A stretch of DNA of 32,000 bases from Sinorhizobium meliloti (GTDB taxonomy: Bacteria > Pseudomonadota > Alphaproteobacteria > Rhizobiales > Rhizobiaceae). Location: NCBI RefSeq assembly GCF_017876815.1, contig NZ_JAGIOS010000002.1:390001-422000 (forward strand), read 5' to 3'. Each line of letters begins with the position of its first letter. Positions within the stretch are counted from its first letter, which is position 1. Positions 17,417 to 25,159 of this stretch are shown in pieces. Below the pieces are notes generated by a model. It worked only from the letters and a program-made list of their open reading frames with translations, was not told the DNA's origin and made no database searches. A program made the position numbers and the translations under genes.

Positions 17417-17785
17417 TCAGGCTTTGGGAGGCCGCGCCGGGGGGTCGATGGTGGCCGACGAAAGTTCGCTGTCCTGCAGGAGGGCGTGCGACGCGTCGCG
17501 CGCGTCGCGGTAGACGCTCCAGCCTTCGGCCCGGTCCGCGTGTGCAAGGATGCTGCCGGCGCAGACCAGCCCTAGAGGGCATGCGCTTCCGCAGTCGTTC
17601 TTTAGGGGCGGTTGCCGCGGGCAGCAGGACATGTCCTCGGAGACATCCGTGCTTGCCATGGCCGCCATTTGCATGTCCGACGAGGCCATCGCGCTCGTGG
17701 CCGCGCCGACGCTCACGGGGCCGATCACGACCGCGAGCAAGACGAGCAGACACAGGAAGCGCCGGAGCGCGACGACGACGAACAT
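17417..17785 (-). CDS. Hypothetical exported Met/Cys-rich small protein
   Basis: The track ORF starts at TTG 17869; ATG 17783-17785 gives MFVVVALRRFLCLLVLLAVVIGPVSVGAA (signal or anchor). The rest reads SAMASSDMQMAAMASTDVSEDMSCCP...CGSACPLGLVCAG. Sits directly upstream of the cus remnant on the same strand. I do not recognise a family. Confidence 0.45.
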   Translation of the reverse strand: MFVVVALRRFLCLLVLLAVVIGPVSVGAATSAMASSDMQMAAMASTDVSEDMSCCPRQPPLKNDCGSACPLGLVCAGSILAHADRAEGWSVYRDARDASHALLQDSELSSATIDPPARPPKA

Positions 17786-17899
17786 GCGCGTAAGCTGGCA
17801 CAGGTCGGCGTCCAATGGAAGCCGGTCATGGAAAGTTGCGACCGACGACACCGGACGGCGCGCGTTCAATGCTGCGAGTGCACCTCGCCATAGAGCTCG

Positions 17900-18814
17900 T
17901 CAAACCGCCGGCATTTCCTTTGCAGGCTCGCTCGCCGCTGTTCCCCCCGCGGCCTTTCGGTTGGTGAGATAGACCCCTGTCACGGCAATTACGGTGCCGA
18001 TGATCATCGGCCAGGTCAGCGCTTCGCCGAAGAACAGCGCCGCCTCGCCGGCGGCAAGCGGCGGCACCAGATAGATGAGCGATGCCGCGCGCGATACCTG
18101 CCCGCGGCGAATGAGATAGAGCAGGAGCGCGATCGCTCCCATCGAGAGGCCCAGGACCGACCAGGCGAGCGCCGCGACAAGTTCGATATTCCAGGTGACC
18201 CGCAGGTCCTCGAGCATGAGCGCCAGGGGGATGGTGACGAGGAGCGCTCCCACATATTGCAGCGCTGCAATCGACCGGATGTCGCCAGTCTGCAAATAAC
18301 GTTTCTGATAGAGCGTCCCGTAGGTGACGGCGGCCATGCCGAGAACGTTGACGGCCAGCGGCAGCAGGTGGATCGGCGTTGCGGTCGCGTCGATCGCCAG
18401 CATTTTCGGCGCAACCGCAAGCGCGATGCCGCAAAAGCCGAGGATAAGACCCAACTTCTGCTGACCCGCCAGCTTCTCGCCGATCAGCCAAGGCGCGACC
18501 GCAGCCGTCATCAGGGGCTGCAAGCCGGCAATGATGCCGGAGATCGCCGCGGGCACACCTTGCCCGATCGCCCACCATACGGCACCGAGATAGAGGCCGT
18601 GGAGGAAGATGCCGGACACGACGGCATGGCCGATCGCCGTGGCGGAGCGCGGCCACCGCGCACCGCTCAGGAGACAGAAGCCGATGAAGAGCAGAATGGC
18701 GAAGCTGTAGCGCAGCGCCAGGAAGGTCAGCGGATCGGCGAAGATGGCCGCATATTTTGCAACGACCCAGCCTGTCGACCAGAGCAGCACGAAGATGGCC
18801 GGGGCCACGAGCAT
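17900..18814 (-). CDS. DMT-superfamily (EamA domain) permease
   Basis: 304 aa, about 10 hydrophobic helices, two EamA-like halves. AGGAAAG SD before ATG 18812-18814. Confidence 0.88.
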   Translation of the reverse strand: MLVAPAIFVLLWSTGWVVAKYAAIFADPLTFLALRYSFAILLFIGFCLLSGARWPRSATAIGHAVVSGIFLHGLYLGAVWWAIGQGVPAAISGIIAGLQPLMTAAVAPWLIGEKLAGQQKLGLILGFCGIALAVAPKMLAIDATATPIHLLPLAVNVLGMAAVTYGTLYQKRYLQTGDIRSIAALQYVGALLVTIPLALMLEDLRVTWNIELVAALAWSVLGLSMGAIALLLYLIRRGQVSRAASLIYLVPPLAAGEAALFFGEALTWPMIIGTVIAVTGVYLTNRKAAGGTAASEPAKEMPAV

Positions 18815-18870
18815 GAAATCTTTCCTGAGCGAATGGATTCACGACGATCCGCGCAGGATCGCCGCTGCCG

Positions 18871-18899
18871 CGATAGAGCGGCGATAGCGCCCCGTCAAA
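18871..18899 (-). promoter_or_regulatory. Candidate sigma-70-type promoter for the DMT permease gene
   Basis: The minus strand reads TTTGAC-N17-CTATCG, against the rhizobial consensus as I recall it (CTTGAC-N17-CTATAT). Lies 57-85 nt upstream of ATG 18814. Confidence 0.35.
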
Positions 18900-18990
18900 G
18901 GAATTTTTCTGATGGATAGCATCAGCGAATAGGAACCGCCGCTCCACAACCTGCTGAACGCGTCTCCTCGAATCCTAAGGGCCTAAAATC

Positions 18991-19010
18991 CGGGCATCAG
19001 CCCGTTTTTT
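18991..19010 (+). terminator. Intrinsic-terminator-like hairpin in a divergent intergenic region
   Basis: CGGGC-ATCA-GCCCG followed by TTTTTT (19005-19010) and preceded by AAAAT. On the minus strand the hairpin is followed by GATTTT. No annotated gene ends here. Confidence 0.45.
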
Positions 19011-19187
19011 CTGCGCAGCGGAAGCCCAGGCTGCGCGTGCCGCTGCCCCGGTTCTCGCCCGGAAACGCCGAATACGGCCGCATCCGGCCGCGCCGCCACC
19101 CGCCAAATTCTTCGACGGCAAATGTGCACGCTTCTTGCATTGCACTCTGCGTTGTATTCAAATGGTCGAAAATAAGGGGACCAGCCT

Positions 19188-20597
19188 TTGACATTTGACG
19201 AAATGATCAATGCGGACAGCAGCCCGCGCCAGCCATATTCGACTTATCATCAATGGTATGCCAGTCAGGACAGAAACCGGCTCATCGCGAAATCGAAGGA
19301 AGCCGAAAAGATTTTTCGTAAGACGGGCATCACCTTCGCAGTCTACGGACACGCGGATTCCTCCGAAAAACTGATCCCCTTCGATCTCATACCCCGCATC
19401 ATCTCCGGGCGCGAATGGCGCCGGCTCGCCCAAGGCATCGAACAGCGCGTCATCGCGCTCAACGCCTTTCTCGACGACATCTACCACAAGCAGGAAATCA
19501 TCCGCGCCGGGCGCATCCCGCGCGAACTGGTCGAGAAGAACGACACCTTCCTGCCGCAGATGATCGGCTTCCGGCCGCCGGGCGGCGTCTACACCCACAT
19601 CGTCGGTACCGACATCGTACGCACCGGCGAAGACCAGTACTATGTGCTGGAGGACAATGCCCGCACGCCGTCCGGCGTCAGCTACATGCTGGAAAACCGG
19701 GAAACGATGATGCAGATGTTTCCGGAGCTGTTCCACCAGAACCGCGTGCGGCCGGTAGAGAACTATCCCAATCTGCTTCGCCAGAGCCTTTCCTCGCTCG
19801 CTCCGGCCGGCTGCGAGGGCAAGCCGCGCGTTGCCGTCCTCACGCCCGGGATCTACAACTCGGCCTTCTACGAGCACGCATTCCTGGCGGATATGATGGG
19901 CGTCGAACTGGTGGAGGGCTCGGACCTGCGCGTCATCGACGGCAGGGTAAAGATGCGCACGACACGCGGGTACGAGGCGATAGACGTGCTTTACCGGCGC
20001 GTCGACGACGATTTCCTAGACCCCCTCACCTTCCGCCCGGATTCCGCCCTCGGGATACCGGGGATCATGGATGTCTATCGCGCCGGCAATATCACCATCG
20101 CCAATGCCCCCGGCACCGGCATTTCCGACGACAAGGCGATCTATTCCTACATGCCGGAAATTGTCGAATTCTATACCGGCCGCAAACCCCTCCTCGAGAA
20201 CGTGCCCACCTGGCGCTGCTCGGAACCAGAGAGTCTCAAATACGTGCTCGAACATCTCGCCGAGCTCGTCGTCAAGGAGGTTCACGGCTCCGGCGGCTAC
20301 GGCATGCTCGTCGGCCCGACCGCGACAAAAAAGGAATGTGCAGCCTTCGCCGAGAAGCTCAAATCCCGTCCCGGCAACTACATTGCCCAGCCGACATTGT
20401 CGCTCTCGACGGTGCCCATCATGGTCAACAAGGGCATTGCGCCGCGCCACGTCGATCTGCGTCCCTATGTGCTCGTCTCCGACAAGGTTCAGATCATTCC
20501 GGGCGGCCTGACCCGCGTGGCCCTGAAAGAAGGCTCCCTGGTGGTGAATTCCAGCCAGGGCGGCGGGACCAAGGATACCTGGGTGCTGGAGGACTGA
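19188..20597 (+). CDS. Circularly permuted type-2 ATP-grasp protein (former DUF404/DUF407)
   Basis: TTG start 19188 with AAGGGGA 6 nt upstream (ATG 19203 is the alternative). 469 aa. FDEM...Y..W N-terminus, DLIPRII, YVLEDNARTPSGVSYMLENR, VKEVHGSGGYGMLVGP and a C-terminal GGGTKDTWVL block are as I remember for this family. Confidence 0.88.
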   Translation: MTFDEMINADSSPRQPYSTYHQWYASQDRNRLIAKSKEAEKIFRKTGITFAVYGHADSSEKLIPFDLIPRIISGREWRRLAQGIEQRVIALNAFLDDIYHKQEIIRAGRIPRELVEKNDTFLPQMIGFRPPGGVYTHIVGTDIVRTGEDQYYVLEDNARTPSGVSYMLENRETMMQMFPELFHQNRVRPVENYPNLLRQSLSSLAPAGCEGKPRVAVLTPGIYNSAFYEHAFLADMMGVELVEGSDLRVIDGRVKMRTTRGYEAIDVLYRRVDDDFLDPLTFRPDSALGIPGIMDVYRAGNITIANAPGTGISDDKAIYSYMPEIVEFYTGRKPLLENVPTWRCSEPESLKYVLEHLAELVVKEVHGSGGYGMLVGPTATKKECAAFAEKLKSRPGNYIAQPTLSLSTVPIMVNKGIAPRHVDLRPYVLVSDKVQIIPGGLTRVALKEGSLVVNSSQGGGTKDTWVLED

Positions 20598-20601
20598 GGC
20601 C

Positions 20602-21543
20602 ATGCTGGGAAGAACTGCAAACGGCCTCTACTGGATGTTCCGCTATATCGAGCGCGCGGAGAACAGCGCCCGCCTCATCGATGCCGGATTGCGCATGTCG
20701 CTCACGCGCAGCGAAGCGGCCGAGGACGACTGGGACGGGGTGCTGCAAAGCGCGGACGTGCGCGAACTCTATGATCAGGTCCACGAAGGATTGACGAGCG
20801 GCGACGCGATCGACTTCCTTCTGCGTGACCGCACCAACCCGTCAAGCGTGATGTCGTGCATCGAGGCCGGCCGCAACAACGCCCGCATGGTCCGCACGGC
20901 GCTCACGCGCGAGACATGGGAAGCGATCAACGAATGCTGGATCGAAATGAAGGGAAGCCTCGCCAGGAGGGCGAAGACCACCGACATGCCGGAGATCATC
21001 GACACGATTAAGCGGCGGGCCGGGCTTATCCGGGGCGCCTTCCACGGCACGATGCTCAGGAACGAGATATTCAACTTCTCTCGCATCGGCACCTTCATCG
21101 AGAGAGCCGACAACACCGCCCGCATCCTCGACGTCAAATATTACGTGCTTCTGCCGGCAGTCTCCGCGGTCGGATCGTCCATGGACAACGTCCAATGGGA
21201 GTCGATCCTGCGCTCGGTCTCCGCACACCGCTCCTATGGCTGGGTCTATGATGCCGAACTCAGGCCCGCAAATATCGCCGACTTCCTGATCGCAAACGGC
21301 CGCATGCCGCGCTCGCTGGCCTATTGCTACGACAAGCTCGTCTCCAATCTCGGTTATCTCGCGCGCGAATACGGCGAGCGGCACGCGGCGCACGAGACCG
21401 CCGAGCAGACGCTCGGCTTGCTGCGCAGCCAGTCGATCGCGGAAATTATGGATCAGGGACTACACCAATATCTCAAGGAGTTCATCAACCAGAACAATCG
21501 CCTCGGCCGGGAAATCTCCGATGGTTACCGGTTCTATCAATGA
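20602..21543 (+). CDS. Alpha-E domain protein (former DUF403)
   Basis: ATG is 4 nt after the ATP-grasp stop. N-terminus MLGRTANGLYWMFRYIERAEN.ARL; later FSRIGTFIERADNTARILDVKY (the internally repeated helical motif). Confidence 0.88.
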   Translation: MLGRTANGLYWMFRYIERAENSARLIDAGLRMSLTRSEAAEDDWDGVLQSADVRELYDQVHEGLTSGDAIDFLLRDRTNPSSVMSCIEAGRNNARMVRTALTRETWEAINECWIEMKGSLARRAKTTDMPEIIDTIKRRAGLIRGAFHGTMLRNEIFNFSRIGTFIERADNTARILDVKYYVLLPAVSAVGSSMDNVQWESILRSVSAHRSYGWVYDAELRPANIADFLIANGRMPRSLAYCYDKLVSNLGYLAREYGERHAAHETAEQTLGLLRSQSIAEIMDQGLHQYLKEFINQNNRLGREISDGYRFYQ

Positions 21544-21559
21544 GCTTCAGGGGGCGTAG

Positions 21560-22378
21560 ATGTATCTGAAAATCAGCCACACGACCGAGTATCATTACGA
21601 CGAACCGGTACAATACGCATTGCAGCGCCTGCGCCTCACGCCGGTAAATCTGCCGGGCCAGACCGTCCGGAACTGGAAGACGCTCGTGGACGGCGCCGCC
21701 ATAGAAGTGAGCTATGACGACCAGTTCGGCAACCGCACGCATCTCGTCAGCCTCGACGCCGATCGGACGACCCTTTGCATAGAGGCGAAAGGCGAAGTCG
21801 AAACGGAAGACCGGGCCGGCGTATTCGGCGCTCACCAGTCCTATGTGCCGCTGTGGCTCTACGCCCGTGAAACCCCGCTCACCAAGCCGGGCAAGCGGAT
21901 CCGCGAGCTCGCGAAAGCCGCCGGAGGCGCCACCGAACTCGAGCGCATGCACGCGCTGATGACGATCATTCACGAGACCGTACGCTACGAACAGGGTGAG
22001 ACCCAGGTCGGGACCTCCGCCGAGGAGGCACTGGAGCGCGGCAAGGGCGTATGTCAGGATCATGCCCATATCCTGATCTCTGCCGCGCGGACCCTTGGCC
22101 TGCCCGCACGCTACGTCTCTGGCTACCTCATGATGGAGGACCATCCGCAGCAGACCGCAAGCCACGCCTGGGCCGACGTGCACATTGCCGGCCTTGGCTG
22201 GGTGGGATTCGATCCCGCCAACAAGGTCTGCCCGGACGACCGCTATGTCCGCATCGCCTCGGGGCTATGCTACCGCGATGCCGCGCCGGTGTCGGGACTG
22301 GTGCACGGCACAGGCACCGAGACTCTGAAGGTGGCCGTGACGGTCGAGCAACAAGGGCAGAGCCAAGCTCAGAATTGA
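21560..22378 (+). CDS. Transglutaminase-like protein (Bact_transglu_N + transglutaminase core)
   Basis: AGGGGG SD; start is 16 nt after the alpha-E stop. N-terminus ISHTTEYHYDEPV. Cys-His-Asp candidates in GKGVCQDHAH, SHAWADV, GFDPAN. Confidence 0.9.
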   Translation: MYLKISHTTEYHYDEPVQYALQRLRLTPVNLPGQTVRNWKTLVDGAAIEVSYDDQFGNRTHLVSLDADRTTLCIEAKGEVETEDRAGVFGAHQSYVPLWLYARETPLTKPGKRIRELAKAAGGATELERMHALMTIIHETVRYEQGETQVGTSAEEALERGKGVCQDHAHILISAARTLGLPARYVSGYLMMEDHPQQTASHAWADVHIAGLGWVGFDPANKVCPDDRYVRIASGLCYRDAAPVSGLVHGTGTETLKVAVTVEQQGQSQAQN

Positions 22379-22414
22379 AGCGGAACTGGTCCGCGGTGTT
22401 ATCGAAGAGAGGTT

Positions 22415-22453
22415 GGATCATTTCACCGTTTCAATGAAACCGTGAAATGATCC
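22415..22453. terminator. Long inverted repeat between the convergent transglutaminase and repeat-protein genes
   Basis: Outer arms GGATCATTTCAC / GTGAAATGATCC (12 bp, perfect) enclose an inner GTTTC-AAT-GAAAC hairpin. Lies in the 95-nt convergent gap. No flanking T-runs. Confidence 0.5.
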
Positions 22454-22473
22454 AGGTAAGTCTTCCGCTCCAC

Positions 22474-23178
22474 TCAGCGCGATGCATTGGACTGCAGGAT
22501 ACGGCAGAGTGCGACCAATCCCCGGTCATAGCCGCCATTGACGACATCGCGGCAGCGCTTCAGCACCGTGCGCCGCTCGTTGGGGGACATGGCGTTGAAA
22601 GCTGCGATTGGAGTTTGGCCGGGGTTGCCTATTCCGCCCGCGCCGCCACCGGCACCCGGTCCGCCACCGCCGCCGCCGTTGTCAGGTCCACCTCCGCCGC
22701 CGCCCGAGCTGCCACCGCCAATCCCGAGGCCAACGTCCAGTCCGACTCCGCTTCCGCCGCCGGCATTCGCACTCACATTGGCGTTGAGACCGCGGCTGCC
22801 GCCGAGCGAGACGTCCGCATCGGCGTCGATGCCGTTGCCGCCGCCGACATTTGCGCTGACAGTGCTATTGAGGCCGCGGCTGCCGCCCGCACTTGCATTG
22901 GCATTGGCGTTGACGCCGCGGCTGCCGCGGACGGATGCTGTGGCCGAAGTGTTGACCCCGCGCGATCCTCCGACGGACGCATCGACATCGGCGCTGACAC
23001 CTCTGGATCCGCCCAGCGATGCGCCGACATTGGCATTGACGCCCCTCGAACCTCCGAGCGACACCCCGACGTTCAGGCCACCATTGCCTCCGACGCTTTG
23101 TGCAAAGCCGGGGGTACTGGGAATAAAGGTCAGACTCGTTATGAGACCGACAGAGAGAACGAAGGCTTTCTTCCGCAT
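22474..23178 (-). CDS. Secreted Gly/Asn-rich tandem-repeat protein (9 x 14 aa) with poly-Gly linker and Cys-containing C-terminal domain
   Basis: Start re-derived as ATG 23176-23178, preceded by AGAGGAAG. Signal peptide MRKKAFVLSVGLITSLTFIPSTPGFA. Repeats follow the pattern LGGSRGVNANVGAS. The antisense frames give only poly-Pro/Ala. Confidence 0.7.
   Translation of the reverse strand: MRKKAFVLSVGLITSLTFIPSTPGFAQSVGGNGGLNVGVSLGGSRGVNANVGASLGGSRGVSADVDASVGGSRGVNTSATASVRGSRGVNANANASAGGSRGLNSTVSANVGGGNGIDADADVSLGGSRGLNANVSANAGGGSGVGLDVGLGIGGGSSGGGGGGPDNGGGGGGPGAGGGAGGIGNPGQTPIAAFNAMSPNERRTVLKRCRDVVNGGYDRGLVALCRILQSNASR
22723..23100 (-). repeat. Imperfect 42-nt coding tandem repeat, about 9 units
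   Basis: Encodes residues 27-152 of the repeat protein. The unit GG(S/G)(R/N)G-(V/L/I)-(N/S/D)-x-(N/D/S)-x-x-x-(S/N)-x can be read directly from the translation. Confidence 0.85.
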
Positions 23179-23281
23179 GTTCACTTCCTCTTGCGACGGG
23201 GATGCGATTGCCCGATTGAGGAAAATTCCCAACACGCGAACAAGTTTCACGAACTGGCGTAGAGCATACAACTTTTCAAGG

Positions 23282-23304
23282 CGGGGCAGTATGCGACTGC
23301 CCCG
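23282..23304 (-). terminator. Hairpin downstream of the arabinonate dehydratase gene (candidate end of the chvE-ara operon)
   Basis: 8-bp stem CGGGGCAG / CTGCCCCG with a 7-nt loop, about 58 nt after the stop at 23362. No clean U-tract. Confidence 0.4.
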
Positions 23305-23361
23305 TCTGGTGATGACGTCGCGGAGAGATTCCGTACCCGACGGCTCCCCGGGTTCACGGCA

Positions 23362-25101
23362 TCAGTGGCTGTCGCGCTCGACCACCGATCCGCGCGCGCC
23401 GACTAGGAAGTCCAGATCGGCGCCGGCGTCAGCCTGCATCACGGTCTTGATATAGAGGCCGCCATAACCGCCCGTGGGCGGTTTTACCGGCGATACCCAG
23501 GACGCACGGCGTCGTGCAAGTTCCTCGTCGGAGACATGGAGATGCAGCGTGCGATTCGGGATGTCAACCTCGATCAGGTCGCCATTCTCGACGAGCGCCA
23601 GGGGTCCGCCTTCCGCGGCTTCCGGCGCGGTATGAAGGATGACGGTGCCGTAGGCCGTACCCGACATGCGAGCATCCGAAATACGGATCATGTCGGTGAT
23701 GCCCTTCTTCAGGACCTTCGGCGGCAGGCCCATATTGCCGACCTCGGCCATGCCCGGATAGCCTTTGGGGCCGCAATATTTCAGTACCATGATGCAGGTC
23801 TCGTCGATGTCGAGATCCTCACGGTTGATGCGTGCGTGATAGTCCTCAATGCTTTCGAATACGACCGCACGGCCCTTGTGCTGCATAAGGTGCGGCGAAG
23901 CGGCCGAAGGTTTCAGAACAGCACCGCGCGGCGCCAGATTGCCGCGCAGGACGGCGATGCCGCCCGATTTCGTCAGCGCCTTTTCCCGCGGCAGGATTAC
24001 GTCCTCGTTGTAGTTCACGACGCCCTTGACGTCGTTCCAGATCGTGTCGCCGCTGACGGTGATGGCGTCATTGTGCAGGAGGCCCATCTCCGCGACCGCC
24101 TTAATCACGACCGGCAGACCGCCGGCATAATAGAACTCCTCCATCAGATATTTGCCGGAAGGCTGGAGGTTGACGATGGTCGGCACATCGCGGCCGAGTC
24201 TGTCCCAATCGTCCAGCGAAAGATCGACGCCGACACGGCCCGCAAGCGCGAGCAGATGCAGGACCGCATTGGTCGAGCCGCCGACGGCGCCGTTAACGCG
24301 GATGGCGTTTTCGAAGGCCTCCTTGGTCAGGATATCGGAGGGCTTCAAGTCCTCCTTGACCATCTCGACAATGCGACGGCCGGTAAGCTGCGAAATCACC
24401 CGGCGGCGCGCATCGACCGCGGGAATGGCCGCATTGCCCGAAAGCGTCATGCCTAGCGCTTCGGCCATCGACGCCATGGTCGAGGCCGTGCCCATGGTCA
24501 TACAGCTTCCCGCGGAACGGGCCATGCCCTGCTCGGCGTCCATGAACTCCTCAAGCGACATCTCGCCGGACTTCACCATTTCGGAAAACTGCCAGATCGC
24601 CGTGCCGGACCCGACGTCCTTGCCGCGCCACTTTCCATTGAGCATGGGGCCGCCGGAGACGACGATCGCCGGAATGTCGACGCTTGCCGCACCCATCAAC
24701 AGGCTGGGCGTAGTCTTGTCGCAGCCGCCGAGCAGGACGACGCCATCGACCGGATTGCCGCGGATCGATTCCTCGACATCCATCGCCGCCAGGTTGCGGA
24801 ACATCATCGCCGTCGGGCGTAGCGTGCTCTCACCGGTCGAGAAGACCGGGAATTCCACCGGGAAGCCTCCCGCCTCGTAAACCCCGCGCTTCACGCGCTC
24901 AGCGAGGTCGCGCAGATGCGCATTGCACGGCGTGAGTTCCGACCAGGTGTTACAGATGCCGATGATCGGCCGCCCGTCGAAGGTGTCGGCGGGAAGCCCC
25001 TGGTTCTTCATCCAGGAGCGATGCATGATGGCATTCTTGCCAGTACCGCCGAACCACTCCTGCGAACGGAGCTTGCGCGGCCACTCAGCTTTCTTCTTCA
25101 T
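23362..25101 (-). CDS. IlvD/Edd-family sugar-acid dehydratase, L-arabinonate dehydratase type
   Basis: 579 aa. LRSQEWFG...IGICNTWSELTPCNAHL, LLGGCDKTTPSLLMGA, and the context next to KGSADH and gguC. Substrate specificity is inferred from context. Confidence 0.85.
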   Translation of the reverse strand: MKKKAEWPRKLRSQEWFGGTGKNAIMHRSWMKNQGLPADTFDGRPIIGICNTWSELTPCNAHLRDLAERVKRGVYEAGGFPVEFPVFSTGESTLRPTAMMFRNLAAMDVEESIRGNPVDGVVLLGGCDKTTPSLLMGAASVDIPAIVVSGGPMLNGKWRGKDVGSGTAIWQFSEMVKSGEMSLEEFMDAEQGMARSAGSCMTMGTASTMASMAEALGMTLSGNAAIPAVDARRRVISQLTGRRIVEMVKEDLKPSDILTKEAFENAIRVNGAVGGSTNAVLHLLALAGRVGVDLSLDDWDRLGRDVPTIVNLQPSGKYLMEEFYYAGGLPVVIKAVAEMGLLHNDAITVSGDTIWNDVKGVVNYNEDVILPREKALTKSGGIAVLRGNLAPRGAVLKPSAASPHLMQHKGRAVVFESIEDYHARINREDLDIDETCIMVLKYCGPKGYPGMAEVGNMGLPPKVLKKGITDMIRISDARMSGTAYGTVILHTAPEAAEGGPLALVENGDLIEVDIPNRTLHLHVSDEELARRRASWVSPVKPPTGGYGGLYIKTVMQADAGADLDFLVGARGSVVERDSH

Positions 25102-25159
25102 TTCTTCCTTCCTTGCGCCCTGCGCGGGCTGGACACGCCGGCTTTACGCCCTGTTTTCT

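Noticed and set aside
16932-17801. 289-aa Arg-rich minus-strand ORF across the YtkA-like and small Met/Cys genes.
   Set aside because: Extreme Arg/Pro/Gly composition, and it overlaps two frames that carry signal peptides and protein-like sequence. Only its stop codon (16932-16934) is informative, as the probable original stop of the YtkA-like gene.
17826-18947. 373-aa minus-strand ORF overlapping the DMT gene in another frame.
   Set aside because: The 17900..18814 frame gives about 10 regular hydrophobic helices and has an SD. The alternative frame is Arg/Ala-rich with no membrane or domain features.
22723-23100. Regular 42-nt periodicity that could be mistaken for a CRISPR-like or non-coding satellite array.
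   Set aside because: There are no unique spacers between units. The repeats are contiguous, in frame, and translate into a coherent 14-aa repeat inside an ORF with a signal peptide.
22538-23455. Plus-strand 305-aa poly-Pro/Ala ORF (and 22447..23262) antisense to the repeat gene.
   Set aside because: No SD or signal, and the composition is simply the complement of Gly/Asn codons. The minus-strand frame has an SD, a signal peptide and a non-repetitive C-terminal domain. A formal strand test by RNA-seq or proteomics is still advisable.
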